43,448 nucleotides of DNA, from NCBI GenBank assembly GCA_003344405.1, contig NOWV01000122.1, positions 186,001-229,448 of the forward strand, written 5' to 3'. This document shows, piece after piece, positions 37,516-43,448 of this stretch. Origin of the DNA: Trichoplax sp. H2. Taxonomy: Eukaryota. Position 1 is the stretch's first letter. Each line of letters opens with the position of its first letter. The position numbers and the translations under genes are program-made. The notes under the pieces were generated by a model. It was not told where the DNA came from, searched no databases, and saw only the letters and a program-made list of their open reading frames with translations.

Positions 37516-40500
37516 TACGTAATTCAATTTACATGACACCTGCTTTAAAAATGTAATTAAACGTGAAAGAATAGAATTTTATTTTAATATCAATAAAGCA
37601 TTAATGCTTAAGCTCATTAATATGGAGGCAGGCTATCCAATCTGGACGCATTAATATGGCTGACGATTTTAATGTTTGTGCAGACATGGATAAAATTTTA
37701 AATCTACCTGTGTATCGTGTCATAGTATTGCATTTTGAGAAACAAAGAAGGATAATATGTATTTCAATAGCGTATCCGATGTATATCCATCCATATGCTT
37801 ATACTGTAATTTTAAAGTAAAGAACAATTTGGAGCTGAGATTGTATATCATAAAAGCGATCATTGCGGATAAGAAATGGCAAATACTCAGCTGCACTCTG
37901 TCTATTTGAGACTATTGTAAATAATTCTATCACAGACTTTAAAATATATTAAAACAATTATTTATGATCAATCATCTTATCATGAAATGGATGTCTGTAA
38001 AATTTGAATAGCTTCAAAATTACTTCAAATTTCATTATGGTCATGATGAATTAAAAGAATTAGGCTAAATTTTATCAGATTAGTATTAGCAAAAATAGCG
38101 TCCAGCGTTACATCTGTGAGCACTACGGTAATAATTGTTAGTATAGAAAATTAATGAGGTGAAATCGACGTAGAAAAAAATGTACCATTGCTTTTAATAG
38201 AGTGAGTAGCGATTATTACTGTATAATTATTCTTTCTTCTCTGAAAAGTAGAATATTGAAACATATACTCACTATCCCTCACAGTATGCTTTTAGTTCAA
38301 TATTTGCCCAAATCTTCATTTATAAGGGTGCGATTCTATCACTTCCATCATTAGTCAGTAGATTATAATTATCTGGACTCGTTTGTGCGGCATTATCGAT
38401 TTTAACCTTATGATGTGCATAGACAAAACATCTATTGATATTTATGTTTATATCCTATATTATACTTAAGATTTTAATGACCATTAAAATTATTGAGTCA
38501 TCAGATGCGCAAGAGAACAAAGACGGATATCAGAATTGTTTTTTTATTTGGTTTCTTTACCAAATTTATAAATTATGATTTGGCCAATTCGTAACCGGTA
38601 TAATGAGTAATTTGTAGGAAATAATATTACACCACTGTTAATTCTTGAATCTTTAACTGAAAAAAGTTAGGTGTATAGCGGTTCCTAAATGATTGTGATC
38701 TAATGACAGCGACATAATATATTAATGTACTCATTTAAGCCTCAAATCAGAATCATGAAGTATACACCTTGTAGTTGCGTAATAAGTAGCAATAACATTT
38801 CCTGAAAGCATGCTGTCTAAATTGTCGGAGGGTAATGATGACTCCAATTTGAATCATTCAAATTTCCCAAATTTGTTGCCAGATATCGATAATTTATATA
38901 TTTAAAATGAATTTACACCTACCGCTTTGGACGTTACGGTAAATTGTCTACATTACTCTAGAAGTAACTAGAAATGCATTCTGATAATATCACACAATAC
39001 TATACTAATATATATGCAACTCTAATGATTAGTTTTAATTGGGATTTTACCAAAGAATTGCAATGACGATATTGAGTCTACAACATTTAGAAAGGTGGGT
39101 TTACAGCTTGTATTAACTCTCTTTGTAACTAATACGGACCTTTATAATCTGGTGATTAGACACAGGCAGATATCAATTTGTTGACTTAGGCTGCTTTAGC
39201 TGCATTGTTTTGAAACTAATTAACGGTTGAAATTCCTGTTTCGTGATTGCTGATATGAGCTACCGGCAATTTTGGGTTTTATTGCAAAGAAAGGGCTCGA
39301 AATGAAATAAACTTGATTGATATAGAATAAAATTAGTAACATACGATATTGAATGATGTTTACGTGATTTTATAACCTTTGATCCCTCTACTATTTTATT
39401 TTTAACTAAAAGTTATTCAGGTTGCAATAAAGAATCATATTATGTTAAGTCTAGCGATTGAGAAATGCATTTCCAATACTGTAAAATAATACGAGATATC
39501 AATGTAGCAAAACTATTGTAAAATAGCATTATTCCACTTTTGTTTGATGATTGGTAGCGAAAGTATAAGGCCAGCCTGTTATGACTATAACATTATTCTA
39601 GCGGTCTATCTTAGGAGATTATGTACTAGAGTTGTACGCCGTTCAATGTGATTACACCTACTTAGATACCCTTGATTTTAGGTTGCTTATTTATTGCTAA
39701 GAGTTTAAGATTTACTGCTAGTCTGTAACTAGATGTAATTTCTAACGGATAAATGAGGTATAACTGACAATTATGATATTCTGTAATATAGACTATTGTT
39801 ATTTTCTTGTCCATTTTAATTTCTGTAATCTGTGGTTAAATTAGTCAGGATACCTAGGTATTCGTTTTGTAAATGTACTGTCATTTTAAATAAAGTGCGC
39901 AGTATATCATTTATATTTTAACCGTGCATAATCGAGCTGTTTTACAAAATTATAATTAAACTATTAAAGCATAGTAGCAATGGACATCGAAATTAGCTTT
40001 AGCTTCCCGCTTGCCTAATCGCGTTGGAAGTATGATAACATACCAATAGATTTATAGACAGATTCCAAGCAACCATTCAAACAAAGTGACAGATTTAATT
40101 GTTTACTACACGTAGTTTGATTTTAATTCTTAATTGATTGATACTGCTATCAAATAGCAACGTGCTGATCTCAATCTATGATGAAAAGCCGATAGTAAAT
40201 AAAAAATCATTGTCGTCAAATTACGGTTGTCTAAGAATGATGACGAAAACGGACGGATGAGTGATTACTTGGAATTTTTAAATTCGCGAAAGTTCACGTC
40301 GTATTTTTTGAATCTGTTTATTTTGAATTTGCTAGCTGCTAGGACCGCCTTAAGTTCATTACTGATAAATTGATATTATCATTTTACTATGCTTGAAAAT
40401 TGATAGCCGTTATTAATCTGTTTAGGACAACAAGCCCTTTCAATATTATTATCGTAATGCAATCATATTATATACTTTCATTGGATACCCGTATCAATAT

Positions 40501-41051
40501 TACTGGATTAAGTTGTACTTTTGCTGGTTTTGTATTTCTAGGGATAGGATGGATTTACCAACCTCAATGATTATCTAGATCATTAGAAATCGCCAACATC
40601 ACGTGTCGTCCATGTTATTCGTTGCTTTTCATGCTAATGGAAATATTCAATAGTCGCCTACTTTTATAACTACATCGTCTACATAATTGTTTGTTAAGCC
40701 TATTCGATGATGATAAATTGAGCAACTCATTCTTGTTCAAAACTCTCTCGATTTCTAATAGTAGTTGATGATAGTTGGAAGGATATGTAATATCTGTTTG
40801 TTGATTTTCCTACGCAATATGGGGAAGAAAAGAGTAAGCGGACTATTCATGCGTTTTGAAAGTTTTATTGATGCGTTGCACATGCTATAATTTAGTGTTA
40901 CAACAGAGTATCCTGCTGGGAATGATTGAGCAGATTGACTTTACTGTATGTACTGTGGATTTCAAGTCATTGACAACGCTAGACAGAAATCATGTTTGGT
41001 GCAGAATTGGCGACATATTGCATGAGTTGTCGTTTTGTAATTCGATAGCGT

Positions 41052-41208
41052 ATAATAACCTGTTTAAAATATTATCCATATCGACATGAAAGTAACTGTC
41101 CAATAATAACCTGTTTAAATATTATCCTAATCGACATGAAAGAAACTGTCCAATAATAACCTGTTTAAAATATTATCCTTATCGACATGAAAGAAACTGT
41201 CCAATAAT
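41052..41208 (+). repeat. Minisatellite, 3 x 50-51 bp
   Basis: Unit ATAATAACCTGTTTAAAATATTATCC(A/T)(T/A)ATCGACATGAAAG(T/A)AACTGTCCA repeated three times. Confidence 0.95.
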
Positions 41209-41554
41209 GTGCTTATGCCAGCTTCAAGTGAGTGAGTAGTGGAATAAAGTGCCGTCTATTTGCCACCGAAGTAAGGCGGACTATTTTTCAGTCGTTTCTT
41301 GTTGCAAGGCTCGCTTTGGAACCTACTCGCATTTTAACCCATCGCTTTGTCCTTCTTTTGAATATGTTCGGTCCTAGAGATAGAAATAAAGTATGTCTAT
41401 TTTCGTTGTTACTATCACCGGTCATAGAGGTCCAGTACCGTACAAAAATGATTGGTCAAGTCCAAAAGCTACAGTTCCAAATTAAGCAGGATTCAGATGA
41501 CAAGAGGCAGCACACTGGTCGAGATACTGTATCAAGTACTTTACTGTATTATTG

Positions 41555-41760
41555 ATCAATATCAGCGGTCATCTAAAGTATTTTTTCAATCAAGTATTTA
41601 TTATTAATATCAACGGTCATCAAAAAGTATTTTTTCAATCAAGTATGTATCATCAATATCACCGATCATCAAATAGTATATTTTCAATCAAGTATGGACT
41701 ATTAATATCACTGATCATGAAAGTAGTTTACTATTAATATCACTGGTCATAAAAGTATGT
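41555..41760 (+). repeat. Degenerate minisatellite, about 46-48 bp units (3 full plus 2 short)
   Basis: Recurring AATATCA(G/A/C)CG(G/A)TCATC..AAGTATTTTTTCAATCAAGTAT. Shares the AATATCnCCGGTCAT core with the adjacent larger array. Confidence 0.85.
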
Positions 41761-41814
41761 AGTTTTGTCCTTCAAGTGCAAAAGTATTTTTGTACTTCTA
41801 AACGCATTGATAGC

Positions 41815-41880
41815 ACTGTCAATAAAGTATTCTAAACTACCCATGTAGGCCATGTCGCATACTGTATATCGACATGGGCA
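41815..41880 (+). repeat. Hairpin cassette copy 1, left of the satellite
   Basis: CACTGTCAATAAAGTATTCTAAACTACCCATGTAGG followed by stem CCATGTCG / CGACATGG (41850-41877). Direct repeat of 42877-42950. Confidence 0.9.
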
Positions 41881-42856
41881 CCATTATGGTGAATATCAAT
41901 GGTCATAGAAGGACAGTAGACAAAAAGGAGTTTTGACGTTGAAATGGATTGGGCACCATTATGATGAATATCGCCGGTCATAGAGGTACAGTAGACAAAA
42001 GTAGTTTTATCGCCGGTCATAGAGGTACAGAAGACAAAAAAGAGTTTTGACGTTGAAATGGATTGGGCACCATTATGATGAATATCGCCGGTCATAGAGG
42101 TACAGAAGACAAAAAGGAGTTGACGTTGAAATGGATTGGGCACCATTATGGTGAATATCCCCGGTCATAGAAGTAAAGTAGACAAAAGTAGTTTTACCCT
42201 TCAAATGGATTGGGCACTATCTTGGTTAATATCGCCGGTCATAGAGTAGACAAAAAGGAGTTTTGACGTTGAAATGGATTGGGCACCATTTTGTTGAATA
42301 TCTCCGGTCATAGAGTAGACAAAAAGGAGTTTTACCCTTCAAATGGATTGGGCACCATTTTGGTGAATATCTCCGGTCATAGAGTAGACAAACAGGAGTT
42401 TTGACGTTGAAATGGATTGGGCACTATTTTGGTGAATATCACCGGTTATAGAGTTACAGTAGACAAAATTAGTTTTACCCTTCAAAAGGATTGGGCACCA
42501 TTCTGGTGAATATCACCGGTCTGTACCTCTACGACTGGCGGTCATAGAGGTACAGCAGACAAAAGTAGTTTTACCCTTCAAATAGATTGGGCACTATCTT
42601 GATTAATATCGCCGGTCAAAGAGTAGACAAAAAGGAGTTTTGACATTGAAATGGATTGGGCACCATTATGGTGAATATCTCAGGTCATAGAGTAGACAAA
42701 AAGGAGTTTTGACATTGAAATGGATTGGGCACCATTATGGTGAATATCTCAGGTCATAGAGTAGACAACAAGGAGTTTTGACATTGAAATGGATTGGGCA
42801 CCATTATGGTGAATATCTCAGGTCATAGAGGTACAGTAGACAAAATGGAGTTTTGC
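41876..42856 (+). repeat. Tandem satellite array, 13 units of 69-75 bp (a 14th unit at about 42944-43008)
   Basis: Consensus GGGCACCATTATGGTGAATATCGCCGGTCATAGAG(GTACAG)TAGACAAAAAGGAGTTTTGACGTTGAAATGGATT. Unit starts at 41876, 41951, 42065, 42138, 42212, 42281, 42350, 42419, 42493, 42589, 42658, 42727 and 42796. Confidence 0.97.
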
Positions 42857-42876
42857 CGGTTTAGTGCATTCATGCC

Positions 42877-42950
42877 ACAGTCAATAAAGTATTCTAAACT
42901 ACCCATGTAGACCATGTCGCCTAGTATATACAGTAGGCGACATGGGCACC
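42877..42950 (+). repeat. Hairpin cassette copy 2, right of the satellite
   Basis: CACAGTCAATAAAGTATTCTAAACTACCCATGTAGA followed by a perfect 12-bp stem CCATGTCGCCTA / TAGGCGACATGG (42912-42945). Confidence 0.9.
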
Positions 42951-43097
42951 ATCCTGGTCAATATCACCAGTCATAGAGATACAGTAGACCAAAATGGAGT
43001 TTTGCCCTTTCAGTCCCCAAGCTACAGTTCCAAGCTAGGAAGGATTGTGGTTACAGTACTAAGCACGGTGTGCCCCTTGATCCCATGGATGGCCACC

Positions 43098-43136
43098 TAC
43101 AGTGTATAGTACTGTAGTGTACAGTGTACAGTACTG
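43098..43136. repeat. Degenerate TACAGT(G/A) (ACAGT-type) simple repeat
   Basis: TACAGTG TATAGTA CTGTAGTG TACAGTG TACAGTA CTG. Confidence 0.65.
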
Positions 43137-43448
43137 GAGTCGAAAGCGTCTACTGGACTCGCCACGAAATTGACTTGGGATGAGACGCACAGCAGTTGAA
43201 GTACTGCAACAAGGCTGCGCTGAATTGGAGCTTTCCTTGCGGCAGCCATTTTCGCCATCGAGTTGATCAAGTCAAGAGCCGAGGCTAAAACTGCTGTCTT
43301 ATTAGGCCTAGGTAATGCTAATAATTTAAAATTGGATCATTTCTACTGAGTAGGAATCAGTTGATCCGTTGATCCATTTCATGCAGTACCCTGTCCAATC
43401 AGTTGACGATGACAACTCAACGTTGGTGATGAGCTTGATATGTATTTT

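Noticed and set aside
41832-42146. 104-aa repetitive minus-strand ORF (TSMTGDIHHNGAQSISTSK repeats) and the neighbouring 41232 and 41552 ORFs
   Set aside because: By-products of tandem repeats. The 73- and 74-bp units break the frame along the array and no domain is recognisable.
41876-42856. CRISPR array interpretation of the 69/75-bp repeats
   Set aside because: Units repeat along their whole length with no unique spacers. There are no cas genes and the context is eukaryotic.

Overview
AT-rich (roughly 30% GC by eye), gene-poor eukaryotic DNA. It is most consistent with an early-branching animal such as the placozoan Trichoplax; this is inferred from composition, intronless class A GPCRs and an ACAGT-type motif, and is not proven. 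Two convincing protein-coding genes are present, both single-coding-exon rhodopsin-family GPCRs, arranged head-to-head about 20 kb apart (13847-14902 minus, 34911-36116 plus). The non-coding DNA holds at least eight 350-630 bp insertions from five sequence families, plus weaker candidates. They share TGT(C/T/A)AC...GT(G/A)ACA-type ends, 5-bp target-site duplications, TATA-like and AATAAA signals, and a 21-23 nt hairpin at one end, as expected of solo LTRs. One (9376-9757) appears as both empty and filled site across a 20-N assembly gap, so it looks like an insertion polymorphism. The last 2.4 kb is a structured satellite complex. It has 51-bp, about 46-bp and 69/75-bp arrays, two hairpin cassettes whose loops are inverted relative to each other, and an internal micro-inversion. 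The other short ORFs in the track look spurious.
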